The position numbers and the translations under genes were made by a program. From Octopus sinensis (taxonomy: Eukaryota), in assembly GCF_006345805.1 (NCBI RefSeq), contig NC_043019.1, forward strand, positions 16,987,360 to 17,051,359: a stretch of DNA of 64,000 nt, given 5' to 3'. Below are positions 11,258-24,779 of this stretch, piece after piece (positions within the stretch are counted from its first letter, which is position 1; each line of letters starts with the position of its first letter). A model generated the notes under the pieces. It had not been told where the DNA came from and did no database searches. It saw only the letters and a program-made list of their open reading frames with translations.

Positions 11258-11356
<99 letters not shown>

Positions 11357-11360
11357 TATA
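11121..11360. repeat. (TA)n microsatellite, imperfect
   Basis: Seen directly; source of the IY-repeat ORFs. Confidence 0.95.
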
Positions 11361-11546
11361 TCAGGCTGAGAAAAAAGTAAGCAACACAAAATGCTTTTAT
11401 AAAGGATTTCAGGAAGTTTAATTCAAAAAATACTCTAAAAGGTTGATGGCTTCATTAAAACAGTTCATTAAAACAGTTCTGTTTTAATGAGAAAATTTTA
11501 AGACTAATGAAGACTGTGGCAGTCAATGTAAGAAGAAGAAAAACTA

Positions 11547-12738
11547 TTGGGTCATCCCATAAATAATGCAGCTTTTTTATACTTTTTTTATTATTCAAAA
11601 TTAAGATAATGTTCTTTTTTAATCTAAAATATACACTCCTTCATTTTCTACAATGCTCTTCTATATATCTGGTAGATTTGCAAGACCCTTCTTCCAAAAT
11701 TCACTTGTCCATGATGAAAAATACTCCTCCAGCACTATTCTGACTGACTGTGGAATAAATGATAATCAGATGGGGCAATGTCCAACAAATATGGTGGGTG
11801 GGGCATTGTTTCCCATTCAAACTGCTCCAGCCTTTGGAATGCCATCCTTGCGTCATGAAACCAGAGGTGGTCATTTTTCTTCTAACGCTGACTTAAGCTG
11901 CTCATTGAAGATCTCCTTTGTTATCATTTGGTTTGGGTTTAAAAGTTCAAAGTTTACTAAAACTTTCATATCCCACCAAACAGATAACAACACCTTACTT
12001 GGGTGAAGACCTTTTTTAGCCTGGGGTGCCAGTGTTTCTTGTTTCCCTACACTCTGTCTTCGGTACTTGACATTTTTATAGAGAACCCATTTCTCGTCAC
12101 CAGTCACAATTCAGTCCAAAAATGGTCCATTCGTGAGACATGACAGCAGAGAAGAGCACACATTCACTCTCTGCACACAATTAAACTTGGAAAGTTTGTG
12201 AGGAACCCATTGACCCAATTTGCTGACTTTTCCAATGGCACACAGGTGTCAGTGAATGGTTGACTGACCAAATCCAAGTTTCTCTGCTAGTTCCTCAACA
12301 GTTACAATGGTATTTTATCCCACCAGGGTTTGCAGGATGTCCTCATCGAACTCTACAGATCTATCAGGACAAGGCTCGCCTTCTAGGCTGTAGTTTCCGG
12401 CTCAGAATTTCTGGAACCACCGTTGACACTGGTTTACACTTATTGTCTGATCCTCATATACCACATTAATATTCTTCGCATTTTCCGGTGCATTGTTGAA
12501 CTTTATTGAACTCATAAAGCAAAATATGCTGAATATGCTCCTTTGTCGCTTCAATTATAGCTTTAAAAAATAACTGTTAAAATCGAACTGTACTCTTCAA
12601 AACTTGTACTATGAATAAGCACAAGGTAAAATTACTACCTGCTTTTATAGCAAGTTGATGCAGGTAGTTTATCCCGTTCCCCTCTGACTTTTAGTACATA
12701 CAATTGAAATAAAATGCATTATTTATGGGATGATCTAA
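11547..12738 (-). mobile_element. Near full-length mariner transposon, transposase pseudogenised
   Basis: 24-bp TIRs TTGGGTCATCCCATAAATAATGCA / TTAGATCATCCCATAAATAATGCA (22/24), TA on both sides (11545-46, 12739-40). Minus-strand fragments TGDEKWVLYKN and LHPSKVLLSVWWD (ORF 11871-12107), and CQRWFQKF near the N-terminus. Confidence 0.92.
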
Positions 12739-12876
12739 TATTTTTCATTGACTAAAATTTCACATTTCAATGGAGAAATGAACTTTTGATTGAAAACAGT
12801 ATGAAAGTCATTAAGATGATTAAATTAGGATAACAATTATAGACTCAAACAAGTTAATGTTTTGATAATCACAGAT

Positions 12877-13036
12877 GCAGGAATGGCTGTGTGGTAAGTA
12901 GCTTGCTTATCAACCACATGGTTCTGAGTTCAGTCTCACTGCATGGCACCTTGGGCAAGTGTCTTCTACTATAGCCTCAGGCCGACCAATGTCTTGTGAG
13001 TGGATTTGGTAGACGGAAACTGAAAGAAGCCCATCG

Positions 13037-13070
<34 letters not shown>

Positions 13071-13222
13071 TATATATTTGTATGTATGTATGTATGTATG
13101 TATGTATATGTTTGTGTGTCTGTGTTTGTCCCACCAACATCGCTTGACAACCGATGCTGGTGTGTTTAAATCCCTGTCACTTAGTGGTTTGGCAAAAGAG
13201 AACGATAGAATAAGTAAAAGAA
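12877..13222 (+). mobile_element. CORE-type SINE, 3'-shortened
   Basis: Same head, CORE segment and internal microsatellite as 10077-10457. Confidence 0.85.
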
Positions 13223-13518
13223 TAAAAGAAAGAACGTTGATTATAGAAAACTTATGTTAAATATTTTTTTAGTGTTGTGTTTGTTTGTTTGGTGATTTGA
13301 ATTAAGGACGTGTGGAAATTGGAACAATGATATCCTGGAAGAAATCCTGAAAGTCATATAAAAAAAAATGTTTTTATATTCACTTTTGTGGCAAAAGAGT
13401 TGTCAGTGAATGTTGTGGACAGGTTCTTGAGTTGTGGACAGCTTCAAGTGAGACAATGTTTAAAGAAACCAGCTTTACCAAGGCTTCAATGATATAAACA
13501 CGAGTTATATTAATTATA

Positions 13519-13912
13519 CTCTTTACTCTTTACTCTTTTACTTGTTTCAGTCAGTTGACTGCGGCCGTGCTGGAGCACCGCCTTTAATCGATCAACTCGA
13601 CCCCGGGACTTATTCTTTTGTAAGCCCAATACTTATTCTATTGGTCTCTTTTGCCGAACTGCTAAGTAACGGGGACATAAACACACCAGCATCGGTTGTC
13701 AAGCAATGCTAGGGGGACAAACACAGACACACAAACACACATATATATATATATATACATATATACGACAGGCTTCTTTCAGTTTCCGTCTACCAAATCC
13801 ACTCACAAGGCTATAGTAGAAGACACTTGCCCAAGGTGCCACACAGTGGGACTGAACCCGGAACCATGTGGTTGGTAAACAAGCTACTTACCACACAGCC
13901 ACTCCTATGCCT
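13519..13912 (-). mobile_element. CORE-type SINE, with small internal deletion
   Basis: Reverse complement of the 10077-10457 family; forms an inverted pair with 12877-13222. Confidence 0.85.
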
Positions 13913-14241
13913 ATACGATATATTCCTATGGCATATTCATAGTCACAAAATCAACAAATTTCTAAATAAAGATTCAAAGCACTTCCAGAATTAAACACTT
14001 AAATGGTGCCAAAATTTGCTGTTATATATATATATATATATATTATTTTTACTTGCATTCATAATAAATTCGTTATGGCAGTTCTTTTCACTCATAATTA
14101 AAGTGTTTGCTTTTGAACTTCTCTATCTCTTTGGGGCCCTTTTTCACTGAAACTGGGCATAGCTTTATCTATTCATTGAAAAGCTTCACAGAAACCTTTG
14201 AATTGTTAAAATTCTTGGCGATTCCACTCCTCCTCCTCCTC

Positions 14242-14274
<33 letters not shown>

Positions 14275-15281
14275 ACTCTGTGATGCCCTTAATCGATATC
14301 TCTTCACCAGGAGATTTTAGTAATTCCATTACATCTTACCTTATTTCTATAAATCCACCCCCCATCCCTGGGGTGCCATCTCAACACTCTCCCGATGAAC
14401 ATTTCGTAGAGGGACTTCATTACCCAGGAAATCGGAAATGCAATCTGGGTAGATTTTACTCCAAACAAGAATCTGTATGCGTGCACATTCACGTGTGTGC
14501 ATGAGTGTATGTGTATGAGTGTGTGTGCGTGTGTTTTTATACTTGTCACCATGCCACTGTCAAATATTCCAGTAACATTTATGCTGTGTCAAGTGCACCA
14601 TAATTCCTTTAGTGATTGATTCATTTCACCATTTAAGAACTTCATTGCTTAAACGGTTGTCACAGACAGCAAGCATTGGATATGGTAATGGCACCTTGCT
14701 CCATAGGTTGTGTTCGTGGATAGAAAAGCTACTCAGACATTATCTGTCATTTAATCCATGATCGATGGGTAACCCAGATCAAGACTTTATCTTTAAGGCT
14801 CTTAACCTGATAATATCCTTTAATATAATATCCTTTAGTGATATTCTTTAATAGCTGGGCAGAAAACAGAGTGAGTCTGGAAGCACTGTGTTGGTGATCC
14901 GCTCTTTTTATCCAAATACCATACAAGAGGAAGACAAGATTTCAAGTAGCCTTCCATTTACTCGTGTCTCAGAATGATAAACAACCAGTGGTTGCAACTT
15001 CAAATCTCCTGAATCATGACTCCCAAGAAAGAGAGTCTGAGAGTCTTTAGCAGTCTTGAAATGAGGAACAGATGGTTCTTCTTTAGAAATGCAATTTTTT
15101 TTTTTTCACCATTCATTTCCAAAACAAACCTGTCTCAACTACATCAGGAATTTGTTATAATGTGGATTCTCCTTTTCCAAGAATTCTCCTTTTTCAATAA
15201 AGCTGCGAAATCAGCAACAACTTCTTTGCCCACACTTGCAGATTCTCCTGTTATCTCTGTGTGTTTTTGGTTTGTGCAAAT

Positions 15282-15667
15282 CAGTGGTTCCCAAAGTGGG
15301 CAATACTGCCCCACTGGAAAAATCTGGGGGCGGTGGGTATCGAAGAAAAGAGGAGCGATAATAAAGTGGCGAAAAGGATATTATTATTAAAGGTAGAAAC
15401 TCTATAAGATATACCAAGTGTAAGCTATGGACACATAAGAGGTGCAGCAATGTCAAAGGAAGGTTAACTAGGAAGATAGATGCTCAGGAGCAATAAACAC
15501 TGGTTGTCAAAACAACAAACTAATTGCTTAATTAAGTTAAGTTTCATTTGAATTTCTTGCAGAAAATGGTCTGTGTGTGTGGTGGTGAGCTGGGTGGTGT
15601 GGGGGGCACTGGAAATGTGGACCCGGTGCCAAGAGGGCAGCAGACTGAAAAAGTTTAGAAACCACTC
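15282..15667. mobile_element. hAT (Charlie-like) MITE
   Basis: Termini CAGTGGTTCCCAAA ... TTTAGAAACCACTC. The 8-bp flanks GTGCAAAT / ATGTAAAC match at 5/8, consistent with a decayed TSD. Confidence 0.6.
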
Positions 15668-15815
15668 ATGTAAACCTTGAACTGCTCAAACTTTGGTTTG
15701 CCTTGAGGTTTTTATTCTTATCTCAAGAAGCAAATGTTTATCAAATACACTTAACGCTTTCAATTGCATGGCATCTAATAATCAACAGGGAAAGTTACGG
15801 TGATGCATATCAATA

Positions 15816-16207
15816 TCTTTATATATAAAAGTGAGGTTGTGTGCTGTCTGTCTCCTACGATTTAGATTCCTAACTACTCCCACATTTTGCGGTGCAGTTT
15901 AACCAAAACCGAGTATCTTATAGTCGTGATTCATATCGAGCCCTTCTGGGTATTAGCGCGCGTCTACGATGAGTCTACGATTAAAAAAAAATTTACCATC
16001 AATTTTTCTCATTTTTAATGCATTTTTGGCATATATAAGGGAAGTAACTCTCTAAAAATTTATTAAATCTCAGAACGTAAAAAGCTACAGTAACACACCC
16101 CCTTTGTGGTTAGCCATATTGAGATGGCTATTATACTTTACATCTCTAAAAATGCTTATATAGTTATTTCCCTTACAAACCCGAGCAACGCCGGGCGATA
16201 CTGCTAG
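15816..16207 (+). mobile_element. Non-autonomous Helitron (392 bp)
   Basis: A|TC 5' start (TCTTTATATATAAAAG), subterminal hairpin CCCG-AGCAACGC-CGGG (16180-16195), 3' CTAG|T end, no TSD. Confidence 0.85.
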
Positions 16208-16606
16208 TGTTTAATAAAAGTCTTTTATTTTCCATTAGGCTTGTTTCTATTGGTAATTTTGTTGTAGCTAAAAGTGATCCACTTGGAGCAGAAGCCTTAA
16301 CTTTAGAAGAACCATCCCTGCTTATGATTGTCTGTACAGTCGTTGGTTGAAGACTAGAAGCTCTTCTAATATCTGCCCATCATTAGTTTGCCGTCCGTCA
16401 TTGGCGAGTGGGCATTTCATTGAGCTGAGAGATTTTTTTGTTTTGCTGTGTTTGGTTTGTGTGTACGTGTGTGCAGATGCTGTTTGTGTATGTTCGTGCG
16501 GACATACTGGAGCATCTATGTCTGCGTATATACAGGCATGAACCTGAACGTCTCTTATTTCTGTTTTATATTTATGCAGGTTGCCGTTCTATAGGAGTAA
16601 TAAATC

Positions 16607-16607
<1 letters not shown>

Positions 16608-16674
<67 letters not shown>

Positions 16675-16681
16675 GTCTCTT

Positions 16682-16725
<44 letters not shown>
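16608..16725. repeat. (CT)n followed by (CA)n microsatellite
   Basis: Seen directly. Confidence 0.95.
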
Positions 16726-16726
<1 letters not shown>

Positions 16727-17160
16727 TGTATGTACCTACTTATAGATTGACAGATATAGAGACACATACCCACACATGTATATGTATACACACACACACA
16801 GACAGTGATATAGATCTATATAAACAACTGTGAATTATGTTGCGTCTGGGGAGAGCCGTTCTCTTTTGCTTCGGCACACGAACTCACATAAAGAATCTTG
16901 CAAACCAAATCCAAAGAACGAAATACGTCTGCGAAGATAGACACAATATAACAATGTGTAAATAATGAAGTAGAACTTGTCAACAAAGGAAGTTACGTTT
17001 TCCTTTTTCTCACCCACCGCGTGTGTGCGTGTGTGTGTGCGTGTGTGTGTGTGTGTGAGTGCGTGTGTATGTGTGTATGTGTGTCCGTGCACGCACGCGT
17101 GCATTGATATGACTTCCTTCTTACACGCATCCTTATTTTCTTTATTGTCTCTGTTTCCAG

Positions 17161-17416
17161 CAAAGAAGAGAAATTTCTTCAGCGCGTTTGTTTATATAAT
17201 AAAGAACGAGATTCTTTTGCTTCAAGATTTCCAGAGCTCAGAAATGCACTGGAATTCAGTATAGGCTTATGTCTACGATTACATGGATAAAAGATCTTAT
17301 CGGCAAAGGGCATTCTTTCGCCTTGGCTCGAAGAATCATAACAAGAGAACTCGGTTTTCTTGTCAACTGTCAGCTTTGACGTCTGGAAATGGGAAGAGAA
17401 AGCTCATGAGTTGTGC
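17161..17416 (+). other. Exon-like segment, possibly a first coding exon (ATG 17283)
   Basis: Strong acceptor TTTTCTTTATTGTCTCTGTTTCCAG (ends 17160) and donor GC|GTGAGT (17417). Frame from ATG 17283 (MDKRSYRQRAFFRLGSKNHNKRTRFSCQLSALTSGNGKRKLMSC) stays open to the donor in phase 2. No recognisable domain. Confidence 0.3.
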
Positions 17417-18809
17417 GTGAGTGCTTGTTCCTCTCTGTATGTGTGTGTGTGTGTGTACATGGTTGTTCCTGTGTGTGTATGTGTATCTACATTCCACAAC
17501 TCGTGGAAGACACAGAGGAACAGAACTTGAATTATAAGCAAGGGTCTTGGAATAAGAAGGCGCAGGGGGTGCGAGTGTGGCCACTAAAATTTTTAGTGGG
17601 TGCAAAATCAAAATTTGCACCCCTTACATTTTTTGCCAGGTTTAGAATATAGTGTCTAAAAACTGATCTGTAAAATGTGGTTTGAAGTTAGGTTCCTTCT
17701 CAAACAAATTCCCAAGGGAATTCTCTAAAAGGATAGGCTACTGAACTAAAGCACCATCAACATCAAAATTTAAAGGATATGTAGCTAGCAACAACAGCAA
17801 CGACAACAACAATAGCATGAACAGCAGTATGGTCACTCCTCAAAACTAGCACATTTGATGACCTTTTATTAAATTCCACAATGAAAAGCCCTTCACTGTC
17901 CAACTATCCACATTCTTCATTTTCTCCGAATCCTAAAACTGATCCATCGTCATCATCATCATCATTGCCATGATATTCTACTGATACAACCATGACCACC
18001 ACTACTGTCACACCTTTCTTCCCCCCACAGTCCACCCCAATTTGATTGTATACCTCACAGCTTCATGATAAATCTGCCAATAAAATCTATAAATGCTTGA
18101 TACCCCAAAATATGCCAGTTTTCTCAATGCAAGGGACTGTGCATATGCAGTGACTGCAATTTCACTCATTTACCTGGGACAAAATGTGCAATTCGTACAA
18201 ACAGCTCCAGCCAACGCCAAAACACACATCTTACCCCGCTGCCGCTGTACCCACCACTTGTATGGGATTCTTCAAATTGCTCCCTTCTGGGCAATTTTTT
18301 AATCACTTTGTCTGTTTCACTCTGTGTATGAGTGTATATTCTCTTTTACATGTTTCAGTCATTTGACTGTGGCCATGCTGGAACACCACCTTCAGTCAAA
18401 CAAATCAACCCCAGAACTTATTCTTTGTAAGCCTAGTACTTATTCTATCGTTCTCTTTTGCTGAACTGCTAAGTTCCCTGAAACATGAGTAAGACGTATT
18501 TTGTTTCATCTCCTGCTTACCACTCACTTTAGACCCCCACTTTACCTTTTCACTTTTCATTCTTTCCTTTCCTTCTATCTTTCTTCCCTTCTATCCCATC
18601 TTTCCATCCTTCTCCTGAGCCTTTGGAACACAAGCACCACTATTTCCTTCCTTTTTTTTGTTAGTTTTTCTCATGTTGTGTCCCACATTTTGAAATTCTT
18701 ACAATTTGTATTTTTACTGCTTATGTTTGCTCTGCTTGATATATTTCCAAACTTAAACCTTTTAATATGCAAAATATATTTCACATTATTACATATACTA
18801 TACGTTAAT

Positions 18810-19290
18810 GCAAAAAACATTGTGTTTATTGACTATCTTCAAAATGATCAAACCATCAATGGCAAGTTCAATGCCAAGTTGCTAAGGCAGTTATGAAAGG
18901 TTACCAAGACCAAACACCCAGAAAAACCGATGGATGTGGTCTTGTTCTATTAGGAGAATGCTTCAGCACACAAGTCCTTGGTTTCAATGGTTGCTGTGCG
19001 TGACTGGCTTTGAACTGGTTGATCCTATGTTAGTGGTTTGGTTCCATCTGTTTCCCAACATGAAGAAACATTTGGCTGGGCTCCAGCATCGCAATGATGA
19101 TGACATCTTATCTGCTGTTGATGACCATTTTGACCAACAGGACAGCTTCTTCACCAGTGCGATCCAAGCACTGCAACTACGGATGGAAGCGTGTGGACAG
19201 TAATGGGAACTATGTTAAAACATGAACTTCATTTGGTCCCATTCCATGAGAGCGTCTTGCTCAGCCTATGGACATTTCAGCCGACCCTCA
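18810..19290 (+). mobile_element. Mariner 3' fragment (transposase C-terminus and right TIR)
   Basis: IVFIDYLQNDQTING, FHLFPNMKKHLAG and DDDILSAVDDHF in ORFs 18501-18896 and 18934-19203; TIR-like GCCTATGGACATTTCAGCCGACCCTC at about 19265-19290. Confidence 0.75.
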
Positions 19291-19414
19291 CAACAATAAA
19301 CATTATTATTATTATACCTGCATTTGTTTTAAAAAATTTGGATCTGAGTTAGTACCCATTAAAGCAAATTTTGTTGCTGGGCCACAGACTATAAGAGTCA
19401 AAGATATTGTGTGT

Positions 19415-19850
19415 CCGTGCGTACATGCGTATATGTGTATGCATGTATGTATGCATGCATGCATGTATGTATGTATGTATGTGTATGTATGTATGTATGC
19501 ATGCATGTATGTATGTATGTATGCATGCATGTATGTATGTATGTATGCATGCATGTATGTATGTATGTATGCATGCATGTATGTGTGTTTGTATGTATGT
19601 ATATGTGCATGTGTGTATGTATGTATGTCTGCATGTGTATGTATGTATAGGTGTGTATAAGTATGTGCGTATGTATGTATGTATGTGTATGTATGTATGT
19701 ATGCATGCATGTATGTGTGTTTGTATGTGTGTATGTATGTATGTATCTATGTCTGCATGTGTATGTATGTATAGGTGTGTGTAAGTATGTGTGTATGTAT
19801 GTATGTATGTGTGTATGGATGCATACATATATGTATGTATTGTGCAGTGG
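19415..19850. repeat. (ATGT)n/(ATGC)n compound microsatellite with an internal ~110-bp duplication
   Basis: Seen directly; the ...GTCTGCATGTGTATGTATGTATAGGTGTGT... block occurs twice. Confidence 0.9.
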
Positions 19851-20385
19851 CGGCTTGTGTATAGGAACTGCAGAACTTCCACTCAATATTATCGATAACG
19901 TTCAATAAAATGAGTCGTGTTTTTTCTTTAATTCTTTCTTTATACTCGTACATTTTATAATCCTTAAGCTCAATGCCAGTAGCCATCCCCTAGTTTATTA
20001 AAAAAATACAAAATTCCTTGTATAGAACAGTGCGCTTCACAGATCCAGCAGCGCAGTGTTTGGCTGTTATGCACATGCTCACATGTTTGAGATATGAAGC
20101 TGCATGCTAGGGAGAGAGAGCACTGTGGTTCATGCAGTGCCAACCCCAGTGTGCTGGTGAAAGCTAGAATTTCTTTTTGACTCTGCCAGTGTTGTGCTTA
20201 AAAATGTGTTTATGAATGTGATAAAGTCTAGAATTAGATTATTATCCAGCTTCCAGCTTCAGTGTTGCAGCCAGGATTTGAAAAATAGGGCACATTCACC
20301 ACCCTATTAATTTGTGATTTAGGGGAGATTTTTGAAAAACAAGGGGGAATTTGCAGCGGTGTTCAGTGAACAAATTAAACACACA

Positions 20386-20543
20386 GGCGTAGGAGTGGCT
20401 GTGTGGTAAGTAGCTTGCTTACAAACTACATGGTTCCAGGTTCAGTCCCACTGCGTGGCACCTTGGGCAAGTGTCTTCTATTATAGCCTCAGGCCAACCA
20501 AAGCCTTGTGAGTGGATTTGGCAGAAGCCCGTTGTATGTATAT

Positions 20544-20588
<45 letters not shown>

Positions 20589-20815
20589 TGTGTGTGTGTG
20601 TGTGTGTATATGTGTGTGTGTATAAGTTTGTGTGTCTATGTTTGTCCTTCCAACATCGCTTGACAACTGATGCTGGTATGTTTACGTCCTTGTAACTTAG
20701 CGGTTCAGCAAAAGAGACCAATAGAATAAGTACTAGGCTTACAAAGAATAAGTCCTAGGGTCGACTAAAGGCGGTGCTCCAGCATGGCCACAAGAAAAAA
20801 GAGTAAAAAAAGAGT
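20386..20815 (+). mobile_element. CORE-type SINE
   Basis: GGCGTAGGAGTGGCTGTGTGG head through to AAAAAAGAG tail. Confidence 0.85.
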
Positions 20816-20924
20816 ACACAACCCGGCAGTGACTTAAAAACGCAAATCGATCAAGTTTATAAGTAAATTTTCTTTTTTTTTTTTCCTTTTACACAATATT
20901 AAGACAACGGCTAGAAATGTTCTG

Positions 20925-21470
20925 GTATTGTGTGTGTGTGTGTGTATGTATATATGTGTGTATGTATGTGTGTGTATGTATGTATGCATGTACGTATGTG
21001 TGTATGTGTGTGTGTATGTACGTATGTATGTGTGTGTGTCTGTGTGTATGTACATATGTATGTGTGTGTATGTATGTATGTACATATGTATGTGTGTGTG
21101 TATGTATGTATGTGTATGTATGTATGTATGTGTGTATGTATGTATATATGTATGTATGTATATATGTGTGTATGTATGTATATATGTATGTATATATGTG
21201 TGTATGTATGTATTTATGTATGTGTGTATGTATATATGTATGTATATATGTATGTATATATGTGTGTATGTATGTATGTATATATGTATGTATGTATATA
21301 TGTGTGTATGTGTGTGTGTATGTATGTATGTATGTATGTATGTATGTATGTATGTATGTATGTATGTATGTATGTATGTATGTATGTATGTATGTATGTA
21401 TGTATGTATGTATGTATGTATGTATGTATGTATGTATGTATGTATGTATGTATGTATGTATGTATGTGTG
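20925..21470. repeat. (ATGT)n/(GT)n microsatellite, about 550 bp
   Basis: Seen directly; source of the MYVC/HTYI ORFs. Confidence 0.95.
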
Positions 21471-21814
21471 TATGTGCGGACACTACGCATCTACAGCGTA
21501 GGTCGGTTCATAAGATGTCTTCCAGGATTCAGTTACATCCGAATCACGTTTTGCGTTCAAATTTCGTCGAAATGTATTTTTCCTCTTTTTTCGAGTTGAT
21601 GAAATAAAAACCAGGCGCGAACTGGAAGCGATTAAATGGCTCTGCCTCTTTCAGAAACCATTATACGGTTATGGAATAAAAGCCGCACGGGATATTTGAC
21701 GCACCCTTATCTCAGCAGATCTTATTCGGGAAAAATAGTTTTTAGTGCATTTAAGCTTATGGGAAACCCAGCTTTACATACAGGAATCGGGGGAATTTTT
21801 TAAAAAACAAAGTA

Positions 21815-22036
21815 CAGTACTCCTTCGCCATATCGTAGTTCACCCATCGCGGTTTATTATTTAGGCTTACGTCGATTCCTCCGTGGTTTTGTTTTGCATT
21901 TATAATAAAATAAATATATATAAATTATAAAAATAATAATAATAATAAAATATACAGTACAGTACTGTTTGTACTTCGCGGATTTTCACCTATCGCGGTG
22001 TAGATGGGTTGGAACGTAACACCCGCGATAAGACTG
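21815..22036. mobile_element. Tigger/pogo-like MITE
   Basis: TA|CAGTACTCCTTCGCCATATCG ... CCCGCGATAAGACTG|TA, with the typical TTTTCACCTATCGCGG...GGAACGTAACACCCGCGA subterminal block. Confidence 0.65.
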
Positions 22037-22520
22037 TACGTCTTAAATGCTATCAAGTACAGTAATTTTATATTGTTAGACTTGAAATATAGTGTAGGTT
22101 AAAAGATGAAAGAAAATACGCAGTCATATCCATGCATTTAGTCTGGTTGTGATATTAACCCCAAATGAGGGAGGTTTTCGGTAGCTTCAGATGAAGACCA
22201 AAGCGGTCGATTTCATTGATATATAAAACATATTTGCTGTTATTCAACCAGAGGTTTTATTTCCCCCTTCGTTCCCATAACGCCGATCAAAATACCAATT
22301 ATCAAATTGCAAACAAAAATGTGGTTTCGACACAAATTTTGTTGATATTGACTGAAGGTCGACGGTCCGACAGGAATTATTTCAATTTCGATAGAGCGAG
22401 GATTATAAATATATAAAATATACGAACTCATATCCCTATGTTTATGGTCTCTGTGAAAAACCCTCGTTGCTCTAACTTTCTGTTTCCCTTTTTACTTACA
22501 TTTAATTATTATTCTCTCAG

Positions 22521-22647
22521 ACGGACCACTGCTGTTTATAAGCTTTGGGATTCTGCATCAAAATATTTTATTTCTTCCCTTCTCTGTTTGACATTGGGGA
22601 TCAGCTTTGACGGACTTTGTGTGACTATGAGAGTGAAGCTATTTGAT
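22521..22647 (+). other. Exon-like segment, phase-compatible with 17161-17416
   Basis: Long pyrimidine tract plus CTCTCAG acceptor (ends 22520), donor GAT|GTATGT (22648). Frame RTTAVYKLWDSASKYFISSLLCLTLGISFDGLCVTMRVKLFD is open. Confidence 0.25.
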
Positions 22648-23164
22648 GTATGTGCTGTGTTGCTTGTGTATATCAAGACTGAGTCATACCAAGAAGTGTT
22701 GATAGCTGTCATTAAAGGCGGCTTCTATAAAAAAAAAAAATTCTAGCGCACTTGAGAAATTTTCCTCACTTCTATGAATGTCAGAAAATGTCACAACTGT
22801 AATTATTTAGAAATTTGAGTTGTGTACGGAAAATTATCCGACAACATAAACAACGGTTAGAAGAATATTATGTCAAGCCAGTTCCCGAAATACTAATGGG
22901 AATGTTTTCGCAGAGTTATTCAAAAGGTTATCTGTCACACATTCCCTTATTTGGCGAATTCCAAAAAAACCTTAAAGTTTTGAAACGTATTTACACATAA
23001 AAAAATCTCCTAACTTCATCTAATTTTAATCTCTCTCACACACACAGCCTTCCCTCATGCCATACACAAAGAGGCAAGGCTGAAAAAGAGGGTGAGTGAC
23101 ACCGTCTCCTCATACTGATACTCTGTAGACCAATATCGAAGGGTCACCATATATATATATATAT

Positions 23165-23570
23165 ATATAAAGTGGGAGAGAAGTTTGCTTCCCAACCACA
23201 TGATTCCAGGTTCAGTCCCACTGCGTGGCACCTTGGGCAAGTGTCTTCTTCTATAGCCTTGGACTGACCAACCAAAGCCTTGTGATTTGGTAGATGGAAA
23301 TCGAAAGAAGCGCATCGTGTGTGTGTGTGTGTGTATGTGGGTGAGGGTGGGTGTGTTTGTCCCCCATCACTGCTTGACAACTGGTGTTGGTGTGTTTATG
23401 TCCCTGCAATCTAGCAGTTCGGCAAAAGAGTCTGAAAGAATAGACCGATAGTATCAGGCTTTAAAAAAAAATATAAGTTCTGGGGTTGATTCATTCAACT
23501 AAAAGTTCTTCAAGGTGGTGCCCCAGCATGGCCACAGCCTAATGACTGAAACAAGTAAAAGATAAAAGAT
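23165..23570 (+). mobile_element. CORE-type SINE (head truncated)
   Basis: CORE segment, internal (GT)n, GACTGAAACAAGTAAAAGATAAAAG tail. Confidence 0.8.
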
Positions 23571-23596
23571 ATATATATATATATATATACTTACAA

Positions 23597-23732
23597 GGCA
23601 ATCCTTTGGTATTGGTTGACAACGGGATTCACCCATGCAGCCTCATGATATAAAGAGGCTAGGCTGGAAAATAGGGTGAATGACGTCATCTCCTCAAACC
23701 AACATCCTCTCAACCAATACCAAAGGAATGCC
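23597..23732. mobile_element. 136-bp fold-back MITE-like element
   Basis: 23-bp TIR GGCAATCCTTTGGTATTGGTTGA vs GGCATTCCTTTGGTATTGGTTGA (22/23), plus inner inverted CACCC..CAGCCTC/GAGGCT..GGGTG. No clear TSD. Confidence 0.6.
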
Positions 23733-24779
23733 ATATATATTTGTCCTGGAGGTACCAATTCACGTTGGACTCATTGATCTTTATAATACACGTGTGTGTG
23801 TGTGTGTGTGTGCACTCATGCACGTGTGTACGGATAGATGTGCCTCTCATGTGGTGGCTGTTTATGTCACAATAGACAAGTGTGTGTACTTCATTACTGT
23901 TTACCAAATCTGGACACTGTTAATCATTAATTAATGAAGATAACATTTTCGTTAACAATTTAACTTTTAAGTTAACTTTGGAAATCATTATTGGACTAAT
24001 TAACTTTGATTACATTTAACTTCCATTAATCAGTTAATTCTTTAAAAATGTAACAGAAGTTATCAATAAACTGTTAATGTTAATTTTTATGATAGAAAAA
24101 ATATCAGTTTTTGCCCTAAAAACACCTTTAAAGAGTGCCAAAACTATAAAATCAGCCTTTTTTGTCCTTACAGGTGTAAAGACTGTCTTTATTATATGTA
24201 TGGAAAAATCCTCTAATTTTGACAATGTCTTTTTAATTATATTTCCGTTTGTTGTTTACAATTCACATGCATAAGTGGTATAGATTCAGTTTAGTTCATT
24301 CACATTTTTGAAGGACTATTATTATTGTTGATGTTGTCATTGTCATTCCAGTAGGCATGTAAAATTTTCCACTACCCCAAGGGGAGTTACTACTCGCTTT
24401 GAGAAGAACTGTCTGAAGTGATACTATAAAGGACGGAAACTATAAAGGAAGGAAAAGCACAGAGGACATGGAAGAAGTCGGGACAATTGATCTTGGAGGG
24501 AGAAACTTTATCAAAATGATGACAGGTGACCACAATAAATGGTGAGAGACTGAGTTGAAGAGAAGGGGAAAAAAACATGCAAGAATGGTAAACAGGATGC
24601 AAAATCCTGAAAGGAACCAATGCAATTACTGCAAGATTATTGTGACCGTAATTTATTAAGCAGCCAATATTAATGAGTTTTACTGAAAGGAACCAATGAA
24701 TAAATCCTTTTCAAAGTAGAATAATTATTCTCTTGGAATGATGAGAATAAAATAGCAACAAAATATTCTTTTCTACTCT

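Noticed and set aside
18090-18330. Minus-strand exon ending at GGG|GTAAGA (~18231)
   Set aside because: No acceptor before the adjacent SINE tail, and the alternative stop-containing frame looks like a decayed retroelement domain.
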